Source of the DNA: a virus | Virus genome (UHGV): UHGV-1366664 | Strand: one strand, 5' to 3' | Length of the DNA: 38,078 nt | Shown: positions 10,126 to 19,277 of the stretch, one piece after another | How positions within the stretch are numbered: position 1 is the stretch's first letter | Layout: every line of letters starts with the position of its first letter | Notes under the pieces: generated by a model | Seen by the model: the letters and a program-made list of their open reading frames with translations, nothing else | What the model was told of the DNA's origin: nothing | The model's database searches: none | Position numbers and translations under genes: made by a program

Positions 10126-10498
10126 ACTTTGCCGCTCCTTTCAGGATAGAGTCTTTGTGACGGTTTTTCATGCGCTCAAACCATCGTGATTTTTCCTTAT
10201 GCTCATAATACTGTCTACGTGCATAAGGTGCAATCTGGTTGATCTCACCACTGCCAATCACAGTGCCAAGGGTTGCAGATTTAATTAAAACGCCGGATCT
10301 CTTTGGTGTTTCAGGCGCCATTCTTCTTACGCATTCAGAATCAACAAAAGACTGTGCATTTGCAAAACCGGATTCCATACTTGGCTTAAAGCTTGGATTC
10401 CATTCGAGTTTAGCGGATACTTTTCCACCGCCGGATGCTTGCGTATAAATTACGCCTCTCGGTGTCTCAATCTGGAATTTCTTCTTTCCTTTTGCCAC
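10109..10498 (-). CDS. Head-tail joining protein (HK97 gp10-like tail component)
   Basis: 129 aa, positional assignment. MAKGKKKFQIETPRG N-terminus. Confidence 0.45.
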   Translation of the reverse strand: MAKGKKKFQIETPRGVIYTQASGGGKVSAKLEWNPSFKPSMESGFANAQSFVDSECVRRMAPETPKRSGVLIKSATLGTVIGSGEINQIAPYARRQYYEHKEKSRWFERMKNRHKDSILKGAAKYVKSH

Positions 10499-10833
10499 TA
10501 CACTCCCACCACCTTAATATGCGGATTGCCGCCAAAAGCATTGTAGTTTGCAGATGTAATTCTAGTCTTGTCCAGTCCGTCCAAGTCCTTAATCGTCTGC
10601 ATGTCAACCTTGCAATCTCCTTTTACAAGGTAATCGTCTTTCTTAATTTCCACGCTCGTATCCGGGATTCTGACAGTGTAAGTGTCTGCTTGCTTTAATC
10701 CATCTGTCGTGATCTGCGACTTTTCGTTTTTATACCACCATACCTCAGGTATATATATCCGCTCCCATTCATCCAGCCGAGTAGACGGGTTGTATTTTCG
10801 GCTGTACAGTGTAACATCTGTGTTCGTTAACAT
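10498..10833 (-). CDS. Head closure protein (gp16 / HK97 gp8-like)
   Basis: 111 aa, positional assignment. Confidence 0.45.
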   Translation of the reverse strand: MLTNTDVTLYSRKYNPSTRLDEWERIYIPEVWWYKNEKSQITTDGLKQADTYTVRIPDTSVEIKKDDYLVKGDCKVDMQTIKDLDGLDKTRITSANYNAFGGNPHIKVVGV

Positions 10834-11198
10834 ATCCCTCGATAAAGCAATCCAGTATTGCCAAGATATGTTTTCGCAATCCGGTACAGCTTGGATTCAA
10901 GTACTTTATTTGCATCCTGTCCGTCAACACACTCTGTCACATAAGACACAGCGTACCCGTCTGTATTTTCGGATTTTACGATCTTTCCATCATTTACTGT
11001 CGAATTATAGATGACATCGCACATCTCACAAAGACACGATTTGATACGGTGCTCATTTTCCGTGTCGCTTTCTGCTCTTCCGGATGTGAAATCATCCATA
11101 TAAACATCTGCAAGATCACGAGTCTTTTTAAACGCGGACTCAGTGGAGATTTTCTCTCCACCAAAGTCCTCAATGTAGTATTTGTAATCTACTAACAT
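10827..11198 (-). CDS. Head-tail connector / adaptor (gp15-like)
   Basis: 123 aa, first gene after the capsid and head-fibre genes. Confidence 0.45.
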   Translation of the reverse strand: MLVDYKYYIEDFGGEKISTESAFKKTRDLADVYMDDFTSGRAESDTENEHRIKSCLCEMCDVIYNSTVNDGKIVKSENTDGYAVSYVTECVDGQDANKVLESKLYRIAKTYLGNTGLLYRGIC

Positions 11199-11207
11199 GT
11201 GTACTCC

Positions 11208-11600
11208 TTACTGATTCGCCATAATCCCCTGTTTTTTCATCTCCGCAAGAATCGCATTGATTTTATTTTTCAGGTCAGTCGCTGTTTCTGTGGACAAATC
11301 TGCAATCAAAGCCATCTGTTTCACGCCGCCAAGCGTTGTCTTGTTTGCTGCTGGAAGAGTGTAACTTGGTCCCGCAGGTCCCTGTGCGCCTGGATCTCCC
11401 TTGTCTCCTTTCGGTCCTGCTACTCCTTGATCGCCTTTTTCGCCTTTTTCGCCTTTTGCTCCTGCTGGTCCTGCCGGTCCTACTGCTCCTGCTGGTCCTG
11501 CTGGTCCAACCTGCTCATTCTTCACGCCCTGCTCTAATTTATTCATCTTTTCTGCTGTCATAACGTCGCCATCATTCCATGTCGTTGGTGTATATGCCAT
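11208..11600 (-). CDS. Collagen-like head fibre / decoration protein
   Basis: 130 aa with 16 uninterrupted G-X-Y triplets ([47 protein letters not shown]). It lies immediately downstream of the major capsid gene, analogous to the SPP1 gp12 position. Confidence 0.6.
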   Translation of the reverse strand: MAYTPTTWNDGDVMTAEKMNKLEQGVKNEQVGPAGPAGAVGPAGPAGAKGEKGEKGDQGVAGPKGDKGDPGAQGPAGPSYTLPAANKTTLGGVKQMALIADLSTETATDLKNKINAILAEMKKQGIMANQ

Positions 11601-11684
11601 AACTCATACCTCGCTATTTTGCTTTACCTACTTTTGCCTTTCCGACTTTCCCCCTGCCTACCAAGGCGAGGTCTTCAGGGGGTG

Positions 11685-12542
11685 CTATTCCCCCACGTGA
11701 TGACAGTAAATTCCTTTTACTTTATTTTCGTAGGCATCACACATTCCGACTGTTCTGTATGCGTACATATAAGCATCAGCAGCCTGGTTCTGGTCTGGGG
11801 AAATAATCTTCGGAACTGTGTGTTTCTGGTACTGGATAGCCGCGTTCCGGTCAATTGCCATAAAGTTGATTGCTTTTCCGTCTGAATTCTTAGCGAATCC
11901 ACCAGCACCGTTTGCTGTCAAGTCAACTTTTGTATAAAATCTTGCGGACGGTACTTTCACGATTCCAGCCCATCCTTCCAGTGCTCTTCTGGATGCAGTT
12001 GTGTCTAAGTCTTCAACCATTCCAACCAATGCCGGATTGATAAACAGGTAACATGTGGATACATCTCCCTCGGCATCTTCGATAGCGTTTCTTGCGGTTC
12101 TTAACGCTGCAAGTGCTGCTTTTCCATCGTTCAGTGTGCCTTCTGCTGTTGTAATTCCGGAAATCTGCGCATATTTTGAAAATCTCCATGCATCCAACTC
12201 AGGAACTACCTGTGTGCGGATAAACTCCCCTGCAAGACGTCCAAATGCTACGCCAGCAGACTCAATATTATCCATTGCATCTACATTAAATTTACGACCT
12301 CTGTCATAGTCGCATTTAACTGTCTCGTAGTCCAGAGTTACATCACCGTTGACGTATCCAGAGGACTTATCATAGTTTGCAAGTCCCTGCATGGACATTT
12401 TCGGAATCAAAATTTCGTTTGCATTCGCTCCCTCTCGGATCAGCTCACTCGGGCCATCTAAGATAGATGTCAGTGAACTTTTCTTATACACGAGGTCGAG
12501 CATCGTAGAATACTGTTTTCTAAGCGTAATTGAATTTGGCAT
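11685..12542 (-). CDS. Major capsid protein (HK97 fold)
   Basis: 285 aa directly after the scaffold gene. Sequence has the typical profile of Firmicutes siphophage capsid proteins. Confidence 0.8.
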   Translation of the reverse strand: MPNSITLRKQYSTMLDLVYKKSSLTSILDGPSELIREGANANEILIPKMSMQGLANYDKSSGYVNGDVTLDYETVKCDYDRGRKFNVDAMDNIESAGVAFGRLAGEFIRTQVVPELDAWRFSKYAQISGITTAEGTLNDGKAALAALRTARNAIEDAEGDVSTCYLFINPALVGMVEDLDTTASRRALEGWAGIVKVPSARFYTKVDLTANGAGGFAKNSDGKAINFMAIDRNAAIQYQKHTVPKIISPDQNQAADAYMYAYRTVGMCDAYENKVKGIYCHHVGE

Positions 12543-12556
12543 ATCTTATCTCCTTA

Positions 12557-13105
12557 TCATTTAAAATCTTTTTCTGTGAGTCCCATAGCAGCAGCTACCG
12601 CATCAAACGCACCTGGCTTCTCGGCTCCGCTTCCAAACACTGGATTTTTAATCGGTTCATCATCCGCAAACAGGAATTTGCTTTCTTCGTTCTCTTTCAG
12701 GTCTTTGAATGCATTTTCAATATCCGTATCCTGATTTTTGGATGCTTTCAGATCATCCGTTTTTAAGTACGGAAGAACCGCTTTTAAAGCTCTCGCACCG
12801 TGCTTCTTAGCTGCGGCTTCAAGTTTTCCATTAAACTCATAATCCTGTTTAATCTGCGCTTTCTCTGCTTCGGATGCTTCGTATTTTGCTTTGTAATCGG
12901 CTACCTGACCTTTGATTTCTTCATAGTCTCCAAATCCCTCAATGGCTTTGTTTGCGTCTGTAAGCTGCTGCTTTGTCGTATCAAGCTCCGATTTGATGTT
13001 GTCATAATCTTTCTTTGCTTTACCGACATCTGTGGAATTGGCGTCCAGAATCTTATCAATCTGTTCTTTTTCCAATCCCATTTCTTCTAAAAACTCTCTT
13101 TTCAT
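12557..13105 (-). CDS. Scaffolding protein
   Basis: 182 aa, highly charged and coiled-coil (KAKKDYDNIKSELDTTKQQLTDANKAIE...), between the MuF-like and capsid genes. Confidence 0.7.
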   Translation of the reverse strand: MKREFLEEMGLEKEQIDKILDANSTDVGKAKKDYDNIKSELDTTKQQLTDANKAIEGFGDYEEIKGQVADYKAKYEASEAEKAQIKQDYEFNGKLEAAAKKHGARALKAVLPYLKTDDLKASKNQDTDIENAFKDLKENEESKFLFADDEPIKNPVFGSGAEKPGAFDAVAAAMGLTEKDFK

Positions 13106-13190
13106 GTTTCATCTTCCTTTCGCTTCGCTTTTTCTCGTGGTCGCACCACATGTCTCAAGTAAGTACCCAGTTTCTCGTCATCTGGCAGGA

Positions 13191-13219
13191 CAAAATAAAA
13201 GAGCCGCCTATGCGACTCT
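13191..13219 (-). terminator. Intrinsic terminator (minus strand) overlapping the stop codon of the MuF-like gene
   Basis: Minus-strand RNA AGAGUCGC-AUAG-GCGGCUCU forms an 8-bp stem with one G-U pair, followed by UUUAUUUUG. The TAG stop at 13208-13210 lies in the loop. The stem does not form on the plus-strand transcript (C-A mismatch). Confidence 0.5.
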
Positions 13220-14365
13220 CCCTAACATATCCATGTATATCCGTTCTCTTTGTTGTTCTACGCCCATCTTTCGACAGAACTTTGTGTATTCGTACAGTTG
13301 GGCTTTGTATTTTACTCTCATGGTCAATATATTGTCTGGATCTGCTCTGGCAGTCTTGAGTGCCATGATCCTAGACCGCTGCGCTCTCATTGCGGTTTCC
13401 ATCCTCCGCTGTTGCTGCGTAATTCCGTAAGCATCCAACTCTTTACCTTGCCACCTCTTTGTTTTGTTTTCTATGGCATTCTGCTTTCTCAACCATTCAT
13501 CCGACCACTGCCGTTCAGACGCACCTTTTACAAATAGGTAATAATCGTGGTAGCAGTTAGCTCCTTGTAGGCCAGTAGCAGTTCCAAGGCCGCACACAGA
13601 CACCAGTTCTTCTTTGCTGTATACTTTTCCCTGCCACTTGCGGTGTTCCGGTCTGGCTCCCGGATGCCAGTCAACCTCGTAATAATTTGTACCCAGTTTC
13701 TCGGCGTTAATCTTGTTCAGCTCTCCTGTGATCTGCGATACTCCAGTTAATACGCTTCCGCGGACTGCTACATGCACTCTGTTACTGTATCCGGTGGCAT
13801 AATCTACAGTCCTTAACCCACTGTTTGTCATCTGCGTGACAACTCTCCGGATGACTGTGTTATAGTCAAACGCACCGCTTAATACATCCATGATCGCCAT
13901 ATCTACATACCGTTGGTAATACTCGGAAAATGGCATAAATACACGCCGATTTCCCATAAGCACAGAAAATCCATAAGACCTTGCAAGGTTCTGCAACTCA
14001 TCCTGTGTCTGCTTCCTGACGGCCTGCGACACCTGTTTGAGCTGTTCGTTTTCCTCTTCCGGAATAAATTCCCGGTTGATCTGCTCGTACAGGTTCTTAT
14101 CTCTTACGTACTGCCACTCTGCTATCTCATCGTAGAGTTTAAACATCTCCGGGTATGTGGCTTTCAGAGCATCTTTCAGTATTTTTTCCACCTCTTCTGT
14201 GCTCTTCCCAATCTCTACCAGTCTGTTGATCTGGTAATCTGCAGTGGATGTGATCTTTCCGGTCTTGCGTATCCTGCGAACGATATCCTGTATAATCCGG
14301 TTCTCGGCGTCCATCCAGATAGATTCCATCCTAAGAGACATTTTTTCGACATCTGGCTTATCCAT
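13208..14365 (-). CDS. Minor head / head morphogenesis protein (SPP1 gp7 / Mu F-like)
   Basis: 385 aa immediately after the portal gene. Contains the conserved PGARPEHRKWQGKVYS-type motif of Mu F family proteins. Confidence 0.75.
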   Translation of the reverse strand: MDKPDVEKMSLRMESIWMDAENRIIQDIVRRIRKTGKITSTADYQINRLVEIGKSTEEVEKILKDALKATYPEMFKLYDEIAEWQYVRDKNLYEQINREFIPEEENEQLKQVSQAVRKQTQDELQNLARSYGFSVLMGNRRVFMPFSEYYQRYVDMAIMDVLSGAFDYNTVIRRVVTQMTNSGLRTVDYATGYSNRVHVAVRGSVLTGVSQITGELNKINAEKLGTNYYEVDWHPGARPEHRKWQGKVYSKEELVSVCGLGTATGLQGANCYHDYYLFVKGASERQWSDEWLRKQNAIENKTKRWQGKELDAYGITQQQRRMETAMRAQRSRIMALKTARADPDNILTMRVKYKAQLYEYTKFCRKMGVEQQRERIYMDMLGRVA

Positions 14366-14371
14366 TACCTA

Positions 14372-15718
14372 TCACTCCATTACTCCACCTTGATCCGGCA
14401 CATTCGCTTTTGCAGTCTTTTCATCCTCCCCAAGAAACCGTACCCTGTATTCCCAGTGTGATCTGATTCCGGCTGCTATCTCATTTAACATCAACTGTCT
14501 GTCCGTTTCCTCATCCGTTAGAATCGAATCTTTAAAACTGCAGATAAACTCATATCCGGAATGGAGCATCCCCTCGTGGAATGCCAGACCTCTTGCAAAA
14601 TCATCTAAGCAGTCTCTTAAATTATCTTGGATTGCTTTGACGCGGTTGTACTTCCTATTTTTGGATGCTTTCACTTCCGTTGCTGTCTTGTCGATGCTCT
14701 GTGGATTGCTTAAATCTCCGAATGCAAGTCCAACTACAAGTTCAATTTGTCTAAGGTAGTTATCCAGACCGTTTATTAGATTTTCTTCCCGGAATTCCGG
14801 TGAGAACTCTTTGTAAAATCCTTCCTCGCTGTCAATTCCGACATACAAGCGCTTGTTTAGCTTAGACACTCCATTTCGTCCATCTGGCTCTCTCTTCATA
14901 GCTGCAGCGTCCACGTGGATTGCCCTCTCTCCGGATTCAAATTCCCAGTCTATCCTCGCTCCTTGCACATCGGCTCTCTCAATAAGGTTTATTGCAGAAT
15001 CAAAAATAGACACACCGCATGGCGTGTCATCAATCCTGTTTTTTATCGGATTCCTGTAATATCCAAAATCCATTTCTTCAACCCCCGGATACGCTACATG
15101 TTCCGGCAGTCCAGCCCATGCTTCTAAGCTTTCCAGAGAGATTTTCCGGTCAAATCCATATCTTGTGGATGAGCAATAGGCTTCGTTTGTGATCTCGAGG
15201 AATCCGTTTTTGATACTGTGCCGCTCCAGGCGAACATAATACTTTGCATCGTCTATGTCTCGGAAGTCCAGAAAGACTATATCGTTCGGCTTCTCATCAT
15301 TGCCAAAGCTCACCGGGATGAACTTATCCGCTGTCACGAACTCTGCTTGTCCATTCCCAAGGGGTTTCAAGCAAAATGAACCGAGTCCGAGACCGTCTTG
15401 TAGGTTCTCGTTAAGACTCTCTGTGGTTTTCTCAAACAGTTTCAAGAGCTTATCATTCGATATTTTTATTTCCATTTCCGACAGCACAACATCTGCAAAC
15501 TCTCTACATATCCCCTGTTCAATCCTCAGGGACTTCACATAATCCTTGCACCAGTCTGCATTCCCAGAGAGCATACTGTTCCATTCATTTATTTTCTGCA
15601 CCATTGTGCTTGTAATTGCAGGAGATTCTCTCAACACCTGCTTCATTGTGGTTCTGCTTATCATGTTAAACACTCCTGTAATAACCTTGTTAATAAACTT
15701 AAACATCTTGCACCTCAC
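14372..15718 (-). CDS. Portal protein
   Basis: 448 aa directly downstream of TerL, overlapping its stop. Size and position fit SPP1 gp6-like portals. Confidence 0.8.
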   Translation of the reverse strand: MRCKMFKFINKVITGVFNMISRTTMKQVLRESPAITSTMVQKINEWNSMLSGNADWCKDYVKSLRIEQGICREFADVVLSEMEIKISNDKLLKLFEKTTESLNENLQDGLGLGSFCLKPLGNGQAEFVTADKFIPVSFGNDEKPNDIVFLDFRDIDDAKYYVRLERHSIKNGFLEITNEAYCSSTRYGFDRKISLESLEAWAGLPEHVAYPGVEEMDFGYYRNPIKNRIDDTPCGVSIFDSAINLIERADVQGARIDWEFESGERAIHVDAAAMKREPDGRNGVSKLNKRLYVGIDSEEGFYKEFSPEFREENLINGLDNYLRQIELVVGLAFGDLSNPQSIDKTATEVKASKNRKYNRVKAIQDNLRDCLDDFARGLAFHEGMLHSGYEFICSFKDSILTDEETDRQLMLNEIAAGIRSHWEYRVRFLGEDEKTAKANVPDQGGVME

Positions 15719-16962
15719 TCTGTCAGCATTTTAATGTCGCGTTCTATCGTGTACTCAAATGCATCCAGTGTATCAATATCACTACTTCCGTCATCCAGAC
15801 GATCGTCTTTTAATGCTTTTTCATCCCACACTGCTTCTTGCAATGCAGTCGATAATGTTTCGCAATCCTCTGTAATAAAAAAGCGCCCAGCTCCCATGAG
15901 CTTTAAGACGCACTCAATTCGGTCTTTTATCCTAATTTTCTTAGCCGGTCTCACAATTACATTCGGATGTGCTTTTATCATGGCGTTTCGGATACTCTGG
16001 CCGAGCGTGGTCTCCGCGTTATCCCAGTAAATAAAATCAACTTTTCCATACTTTTCTTGTACCTCATTAACAAATTGGATAAGCAAATCATTCAGGATGT
16101 TGGAATCAATTCCCTCTTTAAACCGCTTCGTATCCGTATTCATGTATCGGATACTTTTTAATCCGTATACATTATTGTCTCGATCGTAACCCCTTGCCAC
16201 GAAAGAGTGGCCAGACTTATTACCACCAAAATCCACGCCAATTACAATCTCTGTCAGATCGACTGTAGCAGGCTCTTTGACAAAATCTTCCGGATGGTCT
16301 GCGAATTTGCGGTAAATCGCTCCCTCTGCTCGTTTCCAGAGACCGAGAATCAACCGGTCATAGTAAACCGTACCGTCATATTCGATGCAGAGCTTCTCTA
16401 CAAAATCTGGAGCCAGAAACGGATTGTCGAAAATCGTGTATCTCTGCAGATAGATATCTAATTTTTTGTTGTCGAGAAATTCTTTTAGCCAGTGTGTCGG
16501 ATTCTCCGGATTGCAAGCCCCATCAAAGCAGGAATACGGTTTATCAAGACGGGACTTTAACATCTGGAAGACTTCTTTGTTCCACTTTGCAATCTCATCC
16601 CCGTAACAATACTTGATGGATGCTCCCTGTATCTTTGCAACCTGACTGACCTTTTCTGCTCCAAGACAATAGACATCCTCTCCGCATACTCTAGCCACAT
16701 TCCGGTTGTTAATGTTTCCGATCAGGTCGCTGGTATATATTTCTCTCATCGGCTGTAGGACGTTTCGTTCTATAGACTCTTTCGAAACTCCCATAATGAC
16801 ATTCAAGCCGGGCTTTCCCGCTCTTTCTCTGATTCTTTTAGGTACGATATAAGCAGTATCAACATAAGACTTTCCAGAACGAACCGCTCCAGACTTGATA
16901 TTCCATCTATGCGTTGCGTTTATTATGTACTCATTCTGTTTTTTGCTTAGCTGCATTGTCAT
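15715..16962 (-). CDS. terL: Terminase large subunit
   Basis: 415 aa. Walker A GAVRSGKSY near the N-terminus and a C-terminal nuclease-like region. Located after TerS. Confidence 0.9.
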   Translation of the reverse strand: MTMQLSKKQNEYIINATHRWNIKSGAVRSGKSYVDTAYIVPKRIRERAGKPGLNVIMGVSKESIERNVLQPMREIYTSDLIGNINNRNVARVCGEDVYCLGAEKVSQVAKIQGASIKYCYGDEIAKWNKEVFQMLKSRLDKPYSCFDGACNPENPTHWLKEFLDNKKLDIYLQRYTIFDNPFLAPDFVEKLCIEYDGTVYYDRLILGLWKRAEGAIYRKFADHPEDFVKEPATVDLTEIVIGVDFGGNKSGHSFVARGYDRDNNVYGLKSIRYMNTDTKRFKEGIDSNILNDLLIQFVNEVQEKYGKVDFIYWDNAETTLGQSIRNAMIKAHPNVIVRPAKKIRIKDRIECVLKLMGAGRFFITEDCETLSTALQEAVWDEKALKDDRLDDGSSDIDTLDAFEYTIERDIKMLTE

Positions 16963-17398
16963 GCAATCCTTTCAAGATTTCATCCAGCTTCTCAATCGCT
17001 GTCCTATCTTCATATTCCTGCTTATCTCTCCACTTGTCCGGTTTCCGGTTCTTCAACCAGAAGATCTGGGCTGTAGTGTCCGGCGCTACTTGCTTTGTGA
17101 CCTTTTTCGTAGTTTTCATTTCATCGAGTTCCGGTATATACTCTCTGGTCGTTTCCGTGTACTCATATCCAAGCGCACGTTTTAGCAGAGCATTCTCGAC
17201 TTGACGATCAACGACCTCTTTTCCTCTTTTTAGGGTGTCCGAAATGTCCGAATACTTGTCTTTCCAGCTATTTAATGTGCTTCTGGAAATCCCGATATTA
17301 TCTGCAATCTGCTCATCCGTCAAGCCATCTCTCGCCCATCCCTCTATCTTCAGCAAGCCTTCCGGCTCTAGCCACTCTTGATATTTACCTTTTGCCAT
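16931..17398 (-). CDS. terS: Terminase small subunit
   Basis: Internal start MAKGKYQEWLEPEG at 17398, preceded by AGGTGGTG. The N-terminal extension in the ORF track is hydrophobic junk. HTH LTDEQIADNIGISRSTLNSWK. Overlaps the TerL start. Confidence 0.7.
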   Translation of the reverse strand: MAKGKYQEWLEPEGLLKIEGWARDGLTDEQIADNIGISRSTLNSWKDKYSDISDTLKRGKEVVDRQVENALLKRALGYEYTETTREYIPELDEMKTTKKVTKQVAPDTTAQIFWLKNRKPDKWRDKQEYEDRTAIEKLDEILKGLHDNAAKQKTE

Positions 17399-17559
17399 CA
17401 GACTCACCACCTTTAAAACATAATAAAAGCACCCATCTCTGGATGCTAAGAATGTAGGACTACTGCTGAAAGAATTAATAACGCCAACAAAAACCAAAAT
17501 AACCAAATACACAATCAAAATTTATAAGAAAAAGGAGGAAACCTTGCAGCAGTCCACAA

Positions 17560-17632
17560 CGGGTATAGCAGGACTCGAACCTGCGACACATCGGTTAACA
17601 GCCGATTGCTCTACCAACTGAGCTATACACCC
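17560..17632 (-). tRNA. tRNA-Asn (anticodon GTT)
   Basis: Hand-folded cloverleaf, 73 nt. Acceptor stem GGGTGTA/TATACCC, D-arm GCTC-AGTTGGTA-GAGC, anticodon stem ATCGG/CCGAT with loop CTGTTAA, variable loop GTGTC, T-arm GCAGG-TTCGAGT-CCTGC, discriminator G. Confidence 0.9.
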
Positions 17633-17826
17633 GTAGGATGCCTTTTATTGACACCCTTTACCCTATCCGCACTCGGGTACTGACACTAAATATAGATTGC
17701 TGAATCTATTTTTGTTTGTTTTGCAGATCTGCGGATATCTGCGTTTTGGTACCATTTGTGATGTAAGTCCGGTGTGCACTCCCAGAACAGACCTCAGCTG
17801 TGCAGCCTGTATACTCACATCACAAA

Positions 17827-17895
17827 GCGGAGCACCTGGAATCGAACCAAGGACGCGGCGATACCCCGCACATCTACCACTGATGCTATACTCCG
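17827..17895 (-). tRNA. tRNA-like gene with canonical acceptor and T arms but irregular D/anticodon region (possible UAU loop or degenerate tRNA)
   Basis: 69 nt. Acceptor stem CGGAGTA/TGCTCCG and T-arm CTTGG-TTCGATT-CCAGG are canonical. The only clean 5-bp anticodon stem is TGCGG/CCGCG with loop GGTATCG (TAT in the middle, G at position 33), which leaves only a 2-nt variable region. Confidence 0.4.
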
Positions 17896-17937
17896 CATAA
17901 AAACACCGCCAGACGAGAAAGGGTAAAAGTCCGGCGG
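17896..17937 (-). terminator. Intrinsic terminator-like hairpin (minus strand) abutting the 5' end of the tRNA-like gene
   Basis: Minus-strand RNA CCGCCGGAC...GUCUGGCGG forms a 9-bp stem with one G-U pair and a 14-nt loop, followed by UGUUUUUAUG. Lies between ArpU and the tRNA-like gene. Confidence 0.4.
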
Positions 17938-18039
17938 TATTCCGAATGTTGTTTGGAAAGCTTTTGGAGTCTTTCTTCTAACTCCATGTTATACTATAGA
18001 CTACTTAAAACGAACAATGCGAACAAAACGAACAAACTT

Positions 18040-18456
18040 TTATTTTTCTTTCATCCACCTCTGAAATTCCATTCTTGCACTATCTCCTGTGCAATTTCCC
18101 TTCATCTTCGCAGCTACTTCATCCCATGTCAGCCCCTGCATAACCTTAAACCGGATAATCCTCTGCATCCTTACCGGAGCTTTATTGATTACTCGCTCTG
18201 CTTTTACTTTAATCTGCTTTGCGTTCAGCTTTCGTTCTTCCAACAACCGTTCCTCTTCGTCTATATTCACCGTGTTCTCTATACATCCAGAGATATTAAA
18301 GCTCTGCGGTTGGTACGGAAACTCTGGATTGCTGCCTGTCACTTTATCCTGTACGATTGACTTTCTTCTGTGCCGTCTGATATCTTCCTCTGTCTCTTTC
18401 ACAAGTGCTTTCGCATCCATGTACTCATAGATTATATTCTTATCCACCTCAATCAC
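18040..18456 (-). CDS. ArpU-family late transcriptional regulator (sigma-70 region-4-like)
   Basis: 138 aa, last early gene before the tRNA/terminase block. C-terminus RIIRFKVMQGLTWDEVAAKMKGNCTGDSARMEFQRWMKEK resembles sigma region 4 / ArpU. Confidence 0.6.
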   Translation of the reverse strand: MIEVDKNIIYEYMDAKALVKETEEDIRRHRRKSIVQDKVTGSNPEFPYQPQSFNISGCIENTVNIDEEERLLEERKLNAKQIKVKAERVINKAPVRMQRIIRFKVMQGLTWDEVAAKMKGNCTGDSARMEFQRWMKEK

Positions 18457-18673
18457 CTCCCGGAATTGGCTTTTTGATGTTGTACTTGCTTGCTATGTAT
18501 TCTAGAGTGTCCGTATTTGTTCTGTCAGCCCTTTTAAAATCACAGGCAAAGGCTTTATGCCCCTGTTGCTTTAAAGCTGTCTCGCAGGGCTTTCTCGTTG
18601 CCATCTTGTGTGCTTCTATCTTTCTCACGGTGTCTGCTGTCTCCCTTCTGCGCTTCATGGTTTCTCTGGTCAT
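18449..18673 (-). CDS. Hypothetical basic protein
   Basis: 74 aa ORF, Arg/Lys-rich, overlapping its neighbours within the operon. Confidence 0.4.
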   Translation of the reverse strand: MTRETMKRRRETADTVRKIEAHKMATRKPCETALKQQGHKAFACDFKRADRTNTDTLEYIASKYNIKKPIPGGD

Positions 18674-19272
18674 GCCGTCACCTCAATCTGCTCCCCGGTC
18701 AATTCTTCCAACTTCTTCCTCATTTCTTCGATTGTCATTTTCTTTCGTTCTTTGCGCTCCCAGATAAGTTCAAGGTTTGAGTATAGCAGGATTTCGTTAA
18801 ATCGTGATACGTGCTGGATCTTGTATATTCGCATGATATCAAAATCTTTATCTCCAGTTGCATCTATTAAATCCTCGTTGTAGTATATGAGCCGATGACT
18901 TCCTTCTGCTCCGATCAACATGTCTCCTATAACGAGCCTTCTCCCATAACTTTTACTGCGGTACTCAACTACCATCCCGTCTTCCAGATCCGCCTTTGTA
19001 AATTCTTCCTGCATGTAATCACTCCATTCTAAGATCCTATGTCCTTTTTTCTTTGCCCACCTATAATGCGAAAAACTTACGCCATATACATAGCATGTTT
19101 TTTCGCCATGTACATACCATACTGTGTTTTCGAGTAAAGTTTCTCCATCGCTCCACCGCATCCCTTTCTCATGCATCTGCTCGCAGAAATCTTTTGCTTC
19201 CTCCTCGGTCTTACAATGCACTGCGATCTTATTATCTGCATCCTTAAATTCGTCCCAGTTAAATTTTCTCAT
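18670..19272 (-). CDS. Hypothetical protein
   Basis: Start MRKFNWDEF at 19272 with a GGTAGGAAA RBS. The longer ORF-track start would overlap the upstream gene. Confidence 0.5.
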   Translation of the reverse strand: MRKFNWDEFKDADNKIAVHCKTEEEAKDFCEQMHEKGMRWSDGETLLENTVWYVHGEKTCYVYGVSFSHYRWAKKKGHRILEWSDYMQEEFTKADLEDGMVVEYRSKSYGRRLVIGDMLIGAEGSHRLIYYNEDLIDATGDKDFDIMRIYKIQHVSRFNEILLYSNLELIWERKERKKMTIEEMRKKLEELTGEQIEVTA

Positions 19273-19277
19273 ATTTC

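Noticed and set aside
11199-11563. Plus-strand ORFs (112 aa and 75 aa) overlapping the collagen-like gene
   Set aside because: They are artefacts of the GXY-encoding triplet repeat (antisense of GGT/CCT-rich DNA) and give Leu/Ser-rich nonsense. The minus-strand collagen-like frame has proper operon context.
16895-17518. ORF-track TerS N-terminal extension (MIVYLVILVFVGV...) and plus-strand ORFs 16895..17204
   Set aside because: The extension is hydrophobic, lacks an RBS and runs into the tRNA flank. The internal ATG at 17398 has AGGTGGTG upstream and gives a typical ~155-aa TerS.
17560-17895. tRNA gene as prophage integration site (attL/attR)
   Set aside because: The tRNAs lie in the middle of the phage gene order between ArpU and TerS, on the phage coding strand. 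That is typical of phage-encoded tRNAs, and no duplicated tRNA 3' fragment is seen elsewhere in the window.
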